In this document: positions 1 through 11,119 of the stretch, piece by piece | Layout: each line of letters starts with the position of its first letter | Numbering within the stretch: the first letter of the stretch is position 1 | Assembly (NCBI RefSeq): GCF_030684315.1 | Contig: NC_081395.1 | Location: forward strand, 6,121,858-6,185,857 | DNA length: 64,000 bases | From: Stegostoma tigrinum | Lineage: Eukaryota | Direction of reading: 5' to 3' | The notes under the pieces: generated by a model | Told to the model about the DNA's origin: nothing | Databases searched by the model: none | What the model saw: only the letters and a program-made list of their open reading frames with translations | Position numbers and translations under genes: made by a program

Positions 1-84
1 TAAACTTTCGAATTCAAACAGGTTTGTCAGTTTGAGCGGGTTTTTTTTTTAATCTTTCCTGTTCTGTCCATCAACCAACAATAA

Positions 85-100
85 CGCTGCCCTCCAGTGG
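85..100 (-). promoter_or_regulatory. Candidate CTCF site (CCACTGGAGGGCAGCG)
   Basis: Reverse complement of cgctgccctccagtgg fits the CTCF core CCASYAGRKGGCRS with one mismatch; motif evidence only. Confidence 0.4.
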
Positions 101-169
101 AGAAGGAATGTTGCACAGCTCCGTCTCTACTTTTACATTGGTCCAGTCGTATCACACCCTCTCCTGGGA

Positions 170-716
170 CTCTGTACCTAACCCCGTGCTGTCCCTGTCC
201 CTGGGAGTGTTCAATGGGGGACAGTGTAGAGAGAGCTTTACTCTGTATCTAGCCCTGTGCTGTCCCTGTCCCTGGGAGTGTTTGATGGAGGGACAGTGTA
301 GAGGGAACTTTACTCTGTATCTAACCCCGTGCTGTTTACTGTCCTGGGAGTGTTTGATGGGGGACAGTGTAGACAGAGCTTTACTCTGTACCTAACCCCG
401 TGCTGTCCCAGTTCTGGAAGTGTTTGATGGGGACAGTGTAGAGGGAACTTTACTCTACCTAACCCCGTGCTGTCCCTGTACTGGGGAGTGTTTGATGGGG
501 GACAGTGTAGAGGAAGCTTCACTCTGTATCTAACCCCGTGCTGTCCCAGTTCAGGAAGTGTTTGATGGGGGACAGTGTAGAGGCAGCTTTACTCTGTACC
601 TAACCCCGTGCTGTCCCTGTCCTGGGGAGTGTTTCATGGGGACAGTGTAGAGGGAGCTTTACTCTACCTAACCCCGTGCTGTCCCAGTTCTGGAAGTGTT
701 TGATGGGGTCAGTGTG
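170..716. repeat. ~69-71 bp minisatellite, block 1
   Basis: About 8 tandem copies of ctttactctgtatctaaccccgtgctgtccctgtcctgggagtgtttgatggggacagtgtagagggag. Confidence 0.95.
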
Positions 717-717
717 T

Positions 718-1553
718 CATAGAACATGGAACATAGAACATTACAGCACAGTACAGGCCCTTCGGCCCTCGATGTTGTGCCGACCTGTCATACCAATCTC
801 AAGCCCATCTAACCTACACTATTCCATGTACGTCCATATGCTTGTCCAATGATGACTTAAATGTACCTAAAGTTGGCGAATCTACTACCGTTGCAGGCAA
901 AGCGTTCCATTCCCTGACTACTGTCTGAGTTAAGAAACCACCTCTGACATCTGTCCTATATCTTGCACCCCTCAATTTAAAGCTATGCCCCCTCGTGCTC
1001 GCCGTCACCATCCTAGGAAAAAGGCTCTCCCTATCCACCCCGTCTAACCCTATGATTATTTTATATGTTTCAATTAAGTCACCTCTCAACCTTCTTCTCT
1101 CTAATGAAAACAGCCTCAAGTCCCTCAGCCTTTCCTCGTAAGACCTTCCCTCCATACCAGGCAACATCCTAGTAAATCTCCTCTGCACCCTTTCCAAACC
1201 TTCCACATCCTTCTTATAATGCGGTGACCAGAACTGTACACAATACTCCAAGCGCGGCCGCACCAGAGTTTTGTACAGCTTCACCATAACCTCTTTTTTC
1301 CGGAACTCGATCCCTCTATTAATAAAAGCTAAAACACTGTATGCCTTCTTAACAGCCCTGTCAACCTGGGTGGCAACTTTCAAGGATCTGTGTACATGTA
1401 CACTGAGATCTCTCTGCTCATCTACACTACCAAGAATCTTACCATTAGCCCAGTACTTTGCCTTCTGGTTACTCCTACCAATGTGCATCACCTCACACTT
1501 GTCCGCATTAAACTCCATTTGCCACCTCTCGGCCCAGCTCTGCAGCTTATCTA
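718..1553 (-). mobile_element. CR1-clade (HER1-like) LINE, 5'-truncated; ORF2 C-terminus still open
   Basis: ORF 814..1518(-) MEFNADKCEVMH...RPRLEYCVQFWSPH...RRRLRGDLIETYK is typical CR1 ORF2 C-terminus; (TTCTATG)n-like 3' tail at 718-740. Confidence 0.93.
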
Positions 1554-1574
1554 CGTCAAGAGAGCTTTACTCTA

Positions 1575-1786
1575 CTCAGAGTGGTAGGGGCATGGAATGC
1601 ACTGCCGGAGAGGGTAGTGGAGTCGGCCTCATTAGGGGCATTTAAGTGGCTATTAGATAGGCATAAGGATGATAGTATAAGGTAGGGGTGCAAGTTAGAT
1701 AGACCTTAGTATTAGCGTAAAAAGTTCGGCACAAATTGTGGGCTGAAGGGCCTGTGCTATGCTGTACTATTCTATATTCTATGTTT
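1575..1786 (+). mobile_element. Short 3' fragment of a second CR1 subfamily
   Basis: gagtggtaggggcatggaatgcactgcc...gggctgaagggcctgtgctatgctgtactattctatattctatg (CR1 3' end and tail). Confidence 0.8.
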
Positions 1787-2206
1787 TGTATCTAATCCCG
1801 TGCTGTCCCTGTCCTGGGAGTGTTTGATGGGGTTAGTGTAGAGGGAGCTTTACTCTGTATCTAACCCCGTGCTGTCCCTGTCCTGGGAGTGTTTGATGGG
1901 GTCAGTGTAAAGGGAGCTTTACGCTGTATCTAACCCCGTGCTGTCCCTGTCCTGGGAGTGTTTGATGGGGTCAGTGTAGAGGGTGCTTTACTCTGTATCT
2001 AACCCTGTGCTGCCCCTGTCCTGGGAGTGTTTGATGGAGGGGGGACAGTGTAGAGGGAGCTTTACTCTATATCTAACCCCATGCCGTCCCTGTCCTGGGA
2101 GTGTCTGATGGGGTCAGTGTAGAGGGAGCTTTACTCTGTATCTAACCCTGTGCTGTCCCTGTCCTGGGGAGTGTTTGGGCATAGCATGGAGGGAGCTTTA
2201 CTCTGT
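1787..2206. repeat. ~69-71 bp minisatellite, block 2
   Basis: About 6 more copies of the same unit as 170-716. Confidence 0.95.
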
Positions 2207-2219
2207 TTCTTTACTTTGT

Positions 2220-3553
2220 ATCCACCATCATCCCAGAACCAAAGAGAGCACAAGCAACTGTGCTTCAATGACTATACCCAGTGGCTCTGACCTCCATCAA
2301 TCATAAAGGCTGGTCATGGCCCACATCAGCCCCAGTCTCCAAACCTGCTTCGATCCCCTACACTTTGCCCAGTGATGTAACAGGTCAACAGCAGACACCG
2401 TTTCCAAAGCCCTGCACTCATCCCTGCAACATGTGGACAACGAGACTCCTACTCACTGACTACAGCTCTGTCTTTGATACCACAATCACCCCCAGCTCAA
2501 TCTCAAAACTTCCAGAACTATGTCTCAGATCTGCCCTCTGCAACTGGATCCTCAGTTTTCTGACCTAGACAACATTCTCGATAACTCTCAACACTGAAGC
2601 CCTTCCGCACCCCCCCCCCCAAAGAATGCGTTCTCAGCCCCTTACTCTAAGCTCATGTTTGTGTAGCCAAATTACGAAGGAACGCCATCGACCAGTTTGT
2701 TGACAATGCCACCACTGTAGGTCAGAATATCAAACAACGATGAGTCAGAATAGACGAAGAAGACAGAGGGCTTGGTGTTGTGGTTGCAACGATAACAGCC
2801 TCTCTCTCAATGTCGCAAAACTAAAGAACTGATCATTGACTTCAGGAAGAAAGGAGGAGGACACGTCCCCATCTACATCAACGCAGCTGAGGTGGAGAGG
2901 GTCAACAGCATCGGGTTCCTAGGAGAGATGATAACCAACACCCTGTCCTGGGCTTCCCATGTAGATGTGATGGTCAAGAAGGCACAACAAGAAGGCAGCT
3001 CAGGAAATTTCGTATGTCCTTAAAGGTCCCTCACCAACATTTACAGATGCACCATTGAAAGCAAACTGCTCGGGTGCATAACGGCCTGGTACGGCAACTG
3101 CTCTGCCCAGCTGTTCTGCAAGAAGCTACAAAACGTTGTGTGCACATCCCAGAAGGCAGCCTCCCATCCATGGACTCCACTTACACTTCTCATTGCCATG
3201 GAAAGGCTGCCAACATCATCAAAGACCCATCCCCCACCCCAGTAGTGTTCTCCCAAAACTTTTTCCATCAGGCAGAAGATACAGAAGCTTGAAGACATAC
3301 ACCAAGGAAGAACAGCTTCTTCCCTGCAGTTAGTAGACTGATGAATGGTCTCTCTAACTTCAAACAGTGTGCGTTTTGCTAATGATCGTATTGCTTTGGG
3401 CACTTCTTGTGGGGGGTAACTTTGTACGCGTTGCTCTGTCTGAGCACCCTATGATCTGTATGTACTTGCTTGCTAATGACCTGCCTGGACTGCTTGCAAA
3501 CAAAGCTTTACACTGTACTTAGGTACATTTCACTACAATAAATCAAACCAAAT
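2220..3553 (+). mobile_element. Decayed Rex1/Babar-like LINE (RT region to 3' end)
   Basis: Frameshifted remnants of NDYxPVALTS, DYSSVFDTI, LCNWILSFLT and KTKELIIDFRK; 3' end tgtacttaggtacat...acaataaatcaaaccaaa. Confidence 0.75.
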
Positions 3554-3564
3554 GTAATCATGTA

Positions 3565-4096
3565 CCGTCCCTGTCCCTGGGGAGTGTTTGGTGGGAACAG
3601 TGTAGAGAGCTTTACTCTGTATCTAACCCCGTGCTGTCCCTATCCTGGGAGTGTTTGGTGGGAACAGTGTAGAGAGATTTACTCTGTATCTAACCCTGTG
3701 CTGTCCCTGTCCTGGGAGTGTTTGGTGGGAACAGTGTAGAGAGCTTTACTCTGTATCTAACCCCGTGCAGTCCCTGTCCTGGGAGTGTTTGTTGGGAACA
3801 GTGTAGAGAGCTTTACTCTGTATCTAACCCTGTGTTGTCCCTGTCCTGGGAGTGTTTGGTGGGAACAATGTAGAGGAAGCTTTACTCTGTATCTAACCCT
3901 GTGCTGTCCCTGTCCTGGGAGTGTTTGGTGGGAACAGTGTAGAGGGAGCTTTACTCTGCATCTAACCCCATGCTGTCCCTGTCCTGGGAATGTTTGATGG
4001 GGGACAGTGTAGAGATAGCTTTACTCTGTATCTAACCCTGTGCTGTCCCTGTCCTCGGGGGTGTTTCATAGGGACACAGTGTAGAGGGAGCTTTAC
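3565..4096. repeat. ~67-70 bp minisatellite, block 3
   Basis: About 8 copies, variant unit with gtttggtgggaacagtgtagagag. Confidence 0.95.
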
Positions 4097-4574
4097 AAGT
4101 TGCTTTTCTTCTTATAGACTGCTCAGCAGCTGTCCCCCAGTCAGTCTCTCTGAAAGAAACCAGGACAAAATGCACTTCTTAAAGCCTCAGCACAGTCACA
4201 AATTTTCAGCAGCTGTGGGAAGAGACCAACAAACAGAGGTTCCCTCTGTGCATCAGAACCCAACAAATTAAAATTGTCAAATTCACATTTATGTGTCTTT
4301 TTGGCCTACTCCCTTACATCAGTCACCTCCTCCTCCGCTTAATCCCAACACACTCACTGCTGTGCCATAAACTGGGCCCCTGAATCTCTTCATCCCCTCC
4401 TTTAAGGTGTTCCTTCGGTGTCCTGTGGAAAGCAGGAAACTATGAGCCAGTTAGCTTGACATGTGCTGTGGGAAAAGGTATTAAAATCAGACATTACAGA
4501 GATTATAGGTTCACACTTAGAAAAGGCAAGGTCATTGGAAAGTGTCAACACAATTTTGTCAAAAGGAAATCCAT

Positions 4575-6206
4575 TTTATCCAAATTATTGGAGTGGACCC
4601 TGTGGAGATTGGAGAGGTGCTAAATGAATATTTTTCATCTGTTTTTACTCAGGAAAAGGAGAATATTGTAGAGGATGGAATTTTTCGGAGGATTCTCTGG
4701 GAATGTAGGGAGGAGGTGGCGGAGCCTTTGGCCTTGATCTTTGAGTCCTCATTGTCTACAGGTTTAGTACCAGAGGACTGGAGAATTGCAAATGTTGTGT
4801 CCTTGTTCAAGAAGGGCAGTAGAGATGACCCAGGTAATTATAAACCCAGTGAGCCTTACGTCTGTTGTAGGAAAAGGTTTGGAAAGGATTATAAGAGATA
4901 GGATTTGTAATCATCTAGGAAGCAACAATTTGATTGGAGATAGTCAACATGGATTCGTCAAGGGCAGGTCGTGTCTCACAAACCTCACTGAGTTTTTGAG
5001 AAGGTGACCAAGCATGTGGATGAGGGTCGGGCAGTTGGCGTGGTGTACATGGACTTCAGTAAAGCCTTTGATAAGGTTCCAAATGGTAGGCTATTGGAGA
5101 AAATACGGAGGCATGGGATTGAGGGAGATTTAGCAGTTTGGATTAGAAACTGGCTTTCTGTAAGAAAGCAATGAGTGATGGTTGATGGAAAATATTCAGC
5201 CTGGAGTCCGGTTACTGGGGGTGTGCCTCAAGGATCTGTTTTGGGACCACTGCTGTTTGTCATTCTTATAAACGATTTCAACACAGGCATAGGTTAATGG
5301 GTTTAGTAAGTTTGCAGATGGCACTAAAGTCGGTGGAGTGGTGGACAGTGTGGAAGAATGTTGCAGGTTGCAGGGAGACTTGGATAAACTGCAGAATTGG
5401 GCTGTAAGGTGGCAAATGGAGTTTAATACGGATAAGTGTGAGGTGGTTTACTTTGGGAGGAATAATAGGAAGGCAGAATACTGGGTCAATGGAAAGATTC
5501 TTGATAGTGTGGATGTGCAGAGGGATCTTGGTGTCCATGTACATAGATCCCTGAAAGTTGCCACCCAGGTTGATAGTGCTGTTAAGAAGGCTTACGATGT
5601 GTTAGGTTTAATTGGGAGAGGGATGGAGTTCCGGAGCCGTGATGTCATGCTGCAACTGTACTAAACGCTAGTGCGGCCTCATTTGGAATACTGCGTGCAG
5701 TTCTGGTCGCCCCATTACTGGAAGGATGTGGAATCATTGGAAAAGGTGCAGAGGAGATTTATCAGGATGTTGCCTGGTCTGGAGCAAAGGTGTTATGAGG
5801 AAAGGCTGAGGGACTTGGGTCTGTTCTTATTGGAGAGAAGAAGGCTAAGAGGGGATTTAATGGAGACATACAAGATGATCAGAGGATTAGATAGGGTGGA
5901 CAGCGAGAGTCTTTTTACGAGGATGATGATGTCGGCTTGTATGAGGGAGCATAGCTACAAATTGAGGGGTGATAGATTTAAGACAGATGTCAGAGGCAGG
6001 TTCTTTACTCAGAGAGTGGTAAGGGTGTGGAACGCCCTGTCTGCCAATGTAGTTAACTCAGCCACATTAGGGGCATTTAAACAGTCCTTGGATAAGCATA
6101 TGGATAATGATGGGATAGTATAGGGGGAGGGGCTTAGATTAGTTCACAGGTCGGCGCAACATTGAGGGCCGAAGGGTGAGTTCTGTGCTGTATTGTTCTA
6201 TGTTCA
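4575..6206 (+). mobile_element. CR1-clade LINE, RT domain to 3' tail, disrupted; nested in an older CR1
   Basis: VPEDWRIANVVSLFKKG, SQHGFVKGRSCLTNL, YMDFSKAFDKVP, GVPQGSVLGP, KFADGTK and RPHLEYCVQFWSPH motifs broken by stops and frameshifts; tail ttgttctatgttc. Older CR1 pieces at about 4425-4570, 6210-6265, 7080-7440, 7680-7775, 8085-8222 and 8680-8822. Confidence 0.93.
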
Positions 6207-6262
6207 TAGGAGTAAAATGCACTACGGATAAATGAGTCTTTTTCCCACCGCAGGATGTGACT

Positions 6263-7079
6263 AGTGGACCAGACTGGGGCCCCTCAAAATATTTTACAAA
6301 GGTAGCCTAAACCCTAACTTTTTCTTATTTTAAAGGTAGATCTGAAGTGCATGTTCCAGATGTGATGTGACTGGTCAAACTACTCAATGCTTAGCAAAAC
6401 ACTATTTATTTAAGCACTATAGTTCAAATACAAACAAAGAAGGAATTTAGAATAGCAACAATTGGAAAATTTAACTGAATAATAGATACAGTAACTATTA
6501 CTAACTAACTGTTCCAATATGGTAACATTTCATATACACACCCCTTGGCAAAAACACAAATTCAGACACAGATGCTTCTGAGAGACAGTAGGAACTGCAG
6601 ATGCTGGAGAATCCGAGATAACAAGGTGTGGAGCTGGATGAACACAGCATCAGAGGGGCAGAAACATCAGCGTTCCTGGTCCTGAGATGCTGCTTGGCCT
6701 GCTGTGTTCATCCAGCTCCACACCTTGTTATCTCAGGTTCTTAACAGCAGTTCTCCATTCCAGGAGGGATAAAGCATTAAGAGGAATTTCGGAAAAAGTA
6801 GCAGCGAGGAATCATTCACTGAACAGCTTCCAGCTCTCCTGAGACCCCAAACAGCTTCTGCTGCTTAAAGCTAAAAAAATTAGAAAGCCTGATCTGTGAG
6901 AAGTGGCCACTCCCATTCAAGCTGCTTCCATGGTTCTAACTTTTCTAAAGAAAACCTAAAAGCTTCCCATGTTGTTTACTTGAGCTGACTTCAATAGCCA
7001 GTTCAGCACCTCTGCCTTTACAAATTCTCTTCAAACAAAAAAAGACAAAATAATCTTTTAAAGTGACACTATCATCACA
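6263..7079 (-). mobile_element. Probable solo-LTR-like insertion interrupting an old CR1
   Basis: CR1 coding remnant caggatgtgactagtgg resumes as gtccctcatggatctgtt at about 7081; insert ends ...atcaca, is non-coding and has AATAAA on the minus strand near 6405. TSD not clear. Confidence 0.45.
6581..6734. mobile_element. Fold-back Penelope-type mini-element (family A), centre deleted
   Basis: gagataacaaggtgtggagctggatgaacacagca is the inverse of tgctgtgttcatccagctccacaccttgttatctc; 34-nt unpaired left tail. Confidence 0.8.
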
Positions 7080-7784
7080 AGTCCCTCATGGATCTGTTCT
7101 GAGCTCTCAACATTTTCCAATTTATATCAATGACTTACCAAAGGGAAAGTGAAGAAGTGGGAGCTAAATTTACAATTGACACAAAGACACATGTTATGAA
7201 GATAACATAACAAGGATGCAGACCAATTTGGATAAGTTAAGTGATCGCGCAAAACTTTGGTATATGACATGGAAAATGATAAAATTGTTCACTTTGGCAG
7301 GAAGAATAAAAAGGCAGGGTATAGAGAATAGCTGCAGCATTCTAAGTTGCAGAATGATCTATGTGTTTGAATACTCAAATCGCAAAAAGTGTGTAGGTAC
7401 AGCGAATAATGAAGTGGCTTGTTAGAATGTTATCCCTTAATGATAAGAAGAAATTTCTTCAGCCAGAGACTGATGAATCTATGGAACTCATTGCTGCAGA
7501 GGCCAAGTCATTGAGCGTATTTAAGACAGAGATAGCTGGGTTCTTGATTGGAAAGAGGGATCGAGGGTGACAGGAGGGAAGGCAGGAGATTGGGGTTGAG
7601 AAACATATCAAACATGACCGAATGGTGGAGCTGAATGGCCAAATTCTGGTCCAATAGCTTACAGTCTTATTATGGGGTCTATTATGAGAGGAACTGAAAA
7701 TAAAAAGAAGTAAATTATGCTTCAGTTACATAGCGGATTGGTAAGACCATACCTAGAGCATAGTGTGCTTATTTAAAGATGCAA

Positions 7785-8077
7785 TTTTAAAAATTCATTC
7801 ATAGGATGAAGGCGTCGCTGACCAGGCCATCATAATATCCCATCTCTAATTGCCCAGAGGGCAGATAAGAGTTAACCCCATTGCTATCGGTCTGGAGTCA
7901 CATGTCGGCCAGACCAAGTAAGGATGGCAGATTTCCTTCCCTAAAGGGTGTTTTTTTTCTGATAATCAAACAACATCAGACTCTATAATTCCAGATTTTT
8001 ATTGAATTAGAATTCCACCATCTGCCGTGGCGGGATTCAAATCCAGGTCCAGTGATAATTCTACTAGACTGTCACCT
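7785..8077 (-). mobile_element. tRNA-headed SINE (family with gagggcagttaagagtcaacc core)
   Basis: Same family recurs at about 26505-26810(+), 33660-34020(-), 37330-37530, 40075-40430(-), 41110-41480(+), 41835-42178(-), 52275-52475 and 56760-57018(+); B-box-like ggattcaaatccc. Confidence 0.75.
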
Positions 8078-8234
8078 CCCCTAAACGTAAAGGGGCTTGA
8101 GGCAGTTCAGCAGAGGTTTACTAGAAGGAGTGGGTTGTCTTATTTAGGAAAGGTTGGACATACTGGGTTTAAATCCTCTGGAATTCAAAGCAGCGAGGGA
8201 CAATTTGACTGAAGTTTACAAGACACGCAAGATA

Positions 8235-8668
8235 ACACAACCCAAAGTCAATCACTAACAGTCCCCATTAATAGCTATTCATCCTCCTAGCCAGATTGTT
8301 ATCCACTCCTTTATCTGTCCAACTGTTCTTCTCTCTCTCTTTTTGGCTGTATCCCCACCTATCATTTACTCCTTACCCTCTCCCAACACCCTGTGTTCTG
8401 CATATAATCCAACATTTTCCATGCTACCATCAGTTCTGAGGAAGGGTCACTGGACCCGAATCATTAATGCTAATTTCTGCCCTCAGGTGCTGCCAGACCT
8501 GCTGAGCTTTTCCAGCAACTTCGGTTTTTGTTCCTGATTCACAGCATCCACAGTTCATAGTTCTGAGGAAGGGTCACCAGACCCAAAATGTTAACTCTGT
8601 TTTATCCTTCACGGATGCTGCCAGAACCGCTGGGCTTTTCCAGCAACTTTCCTTTTGTTCCACAGTTC
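8235..8668 (+). mobile_element. Penelope-like 3' end with two head-to-tail hammerhead-motif units (127-bp period)
   Basis: agtt-ctgagga-agggtc-ac(t/c)(g/a)-gaccc at 8432 and 8559, each followed by gctgccaga...gcttttccagcaact; pyrimidine-rich upstream segment. Confidence 0.7.
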
Positions 8669-9319
8669 TATTGGTGGCTCTAAGACCCTGAACAGCCTGA
8701 CGATTTGAATGTGGAAAGGATGTTTCCTCTTGTGGGTCAGTCCAAAACCAGGGGGCACTGTTTTAACTTTGAGAGGGGTCACCTGTCAATCCACAGATAA
8801 GGAGAATTATTTTCTCTCAGAGGCTTCTATAATTTTGGTGTTCCAGGCCTCAGAAGGTAAGAGTCATTCATGTAGTCTATGGGAGCTTGCTAGATGCGAA
8901 ATGGGCTGCCATTCTTCCTCCCTTCAGACAGAAACCGTGTTACAAAAGAAGGAAAAAGGGAATTAATTTACTACAAAATTCTGCCACATCTCTATAGCAA
9001 TGAATAACCTGTTTGGGTCATTCATCATACTTATATCACTAACGATGACAAATAGCAAAATATTTGCTTTGTTGCTACTCATGGGGTCATTTCTCAGTCA
9101 AACAGCATGGAAACAGACCCTTCAGTCCATACCAACCATAATTCCAAACTAACAGTGTGGTTCCACCTGGCTGCATTTGGCCTGTATCCCTCTGAACATT
9201 TCTTATTCACGTACTTATCTAAATGTTCTTTTTAACATTGTACCTGTACCCACGTCCACCACTTCACGTCACTTTAAGACAGAGTTTTACACTGGTGTTC
9301 TCCGAGCAATTCTAAAGGT

Positions 9320-9845
9320 GTCACTTCCCTTCAGAGAAGGTGGTGGTGAGCTTCCCTCCCGTAGTCTCTTTGATCTAGGTGCATTCACAACGCCATTGGG
9401 GCAGGATTTTGACCTGGTGACTCGGAAGGAATGGTGATCCATTTTCAAGTCAGCATAGCGAACGGCTTGGAGGAGAACTTACAGGTGGTGGATTTCTCAC
9501 GTAGCTGTTGCCCTTTCCCATCTGCGTGGGTAGAAGTCTTGGGTTTTGGAAGGTGCTGCCTGAGGATCTTTGGTGAGTTTCTGCTGTGCATCTTGTAGAT
9601 GGTACACACTGCTGCGACCGAGCGTCGGTGGGTGGAGGGAGGGAGTGGGATGTTTGTGGATGTGGTGCCAATCGAAGCGGGGGGGGGGCTGCTTTGTCCT
9701 GGATGGTGTCAGGTTTCTTGAGTGTGGTTGGGGCTGCCCCCACCCAGGGGCAAGTGGGGGGCATTCCATCCCACCCTTACCTTGTGCCTTGGGCAGGCTT
9801 TGTGGAGTTAAGAGGTGAGTTACTCACTTCTGGTCAATGGTAAAC
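9320..9845 (-). mobile_element. Decayed L2/CR1-group LINE 3' fragment
   Basis: gaaggtggtggtgagc...gcatcttgtagatggtacacactgctgc; related pieces at about 38870-39780, 52560-52900 and 63400-63780. Confidence 0.65.
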
Positions 9846-9999
9846 AGGATGAGGGACTCCAAAAGGGTGGTGGAGGAGTCCTCCCAAAGCATTGAGGAAC
9901 CTAGGAGGATGTTAGAATGTGGTAGCCCTCCCAACCAGTGGGGGCGCTACAGGTGAGCGGAGCACTGGGGGTGGGGGGGACTGAGGTGTATAGAAAAGT

Positions 10000-10950
10000 C
10001 CTCCCAGCCTCCAGGTGGCGATAGGGGGACGGCTGATCACTGGGAAGAGAGTCTCCGAGCGGGGTGTTGATTGTGGATGTAGTCCTCCAAGCCTCCAGGT
10101 GGCGCTACAGCGGCGACTATCTTGCTCGGTCAGGGGCCGAACGTGCAATGCATGTGACAGTCCTCCCAACCTTGGCGTTGCCAAGGCGAAAGCGGCGAGG
10201 ATCTCGCGAGATCGGGAGCCATTTCCGGTCTGGTCGTGGTCGTGGCCCGTTCTGCGCCTGCGCATCAGCTCCGGCGGCTCGCGCTGTGGGGGGGGTGGGC
10301 GAAAGGAACCAAAGGCGCCGCTGCGTTTAGAAGGTTTTCTCCGGAGAGGAAGAGACTCTGGCTCGGGACTCTACAGAGTGAGGCCGTGTGAGGCAGAGAG
10401 AAGGAGGAGCGGGTACGGAACCTGGGGTGAACTGGATCTATCCCCTCCCGCCCCTTTTCGGTTATTTTTTTGTGTGTCACCCCGGCAGCGGTTCGCGGAT
10501 AATATCCAATTGGACTGCGGCCGGAGCGTTGAGTGACAGCCCACCTGACCAATCAGCCGCAGAACCTGGAATGAGTGACATCTACGCCAGACAATCAACA
10601 GCGGAGTGCCGGGCGAGCGACGGCCAAACTATAGCCAATCAGCGGCGATCGAAGACAGATTGACAGTCGGACTGGCAAATCAACAGCGGGGTCGGGCCTG
10701 AGTGGAGGCCTGCCCCCTCCCAGTGCGGACGGCAGCCGTTTGCGAATTGGTTATGAGTCTGCGACCAATCAGTGAACGGAGTGAGTACGTTTTTTTAATT
10801 GTTGTAGAGCCGCCAATAGAGAGAGAGGGAGGCTAAGTAACTGGCCAATCAGGTCCTTTCAGGGGGTAACGAACTGGACAATCAGATCCCCTCAGCGGGG
10901 CACCTAACTCGCCAATCAGATCCCCTCGGGAGGTAACAACTGACCAATCA
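10000..10950 (+). promoter_or_regulatory. CpG-island promoter, probably of ZBTB3
   Basis: CpG-dense; TCTCGCGAGA at 10202-10211, GCCATTTCCGG (YY1/ETS-like) at about 10218, TGCGCCTGCGCA (NRF1) at 10253-10264, many CCAAT boxes at 10506-10948; candidate donor CGG|GTACGG at 10412/10413. Confidence 0.75.
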
Positions 10951-11119
10951 GCTCCTCTGACCCACCACCTTCTGAAACAGAAAATTCCTCCTGTGTTAAA
11001 CGGGAGAATTTTTTTTATTTGACCTGTGCCCCCTACTTTGATTCTCTGGCGCAGCTGGAGACATCCTCTCAGCATCCACCTCGTCAAATTTACTCAAAAT
11101 CTTGTGCCTCAATCAGATC

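Noticed and set aside
814-1518. 234-aa ORF as a host gene or domesticated RT
   Set aside because: 5'-truncated CR1 ORF2 tail lacking the RT catalytic core; openness is explained by young age.
170-4096. Regular repeats as a CRISPR array
   Set aside because: Eukaryotic context, contiguous units with no unique spacers, no cas genes.
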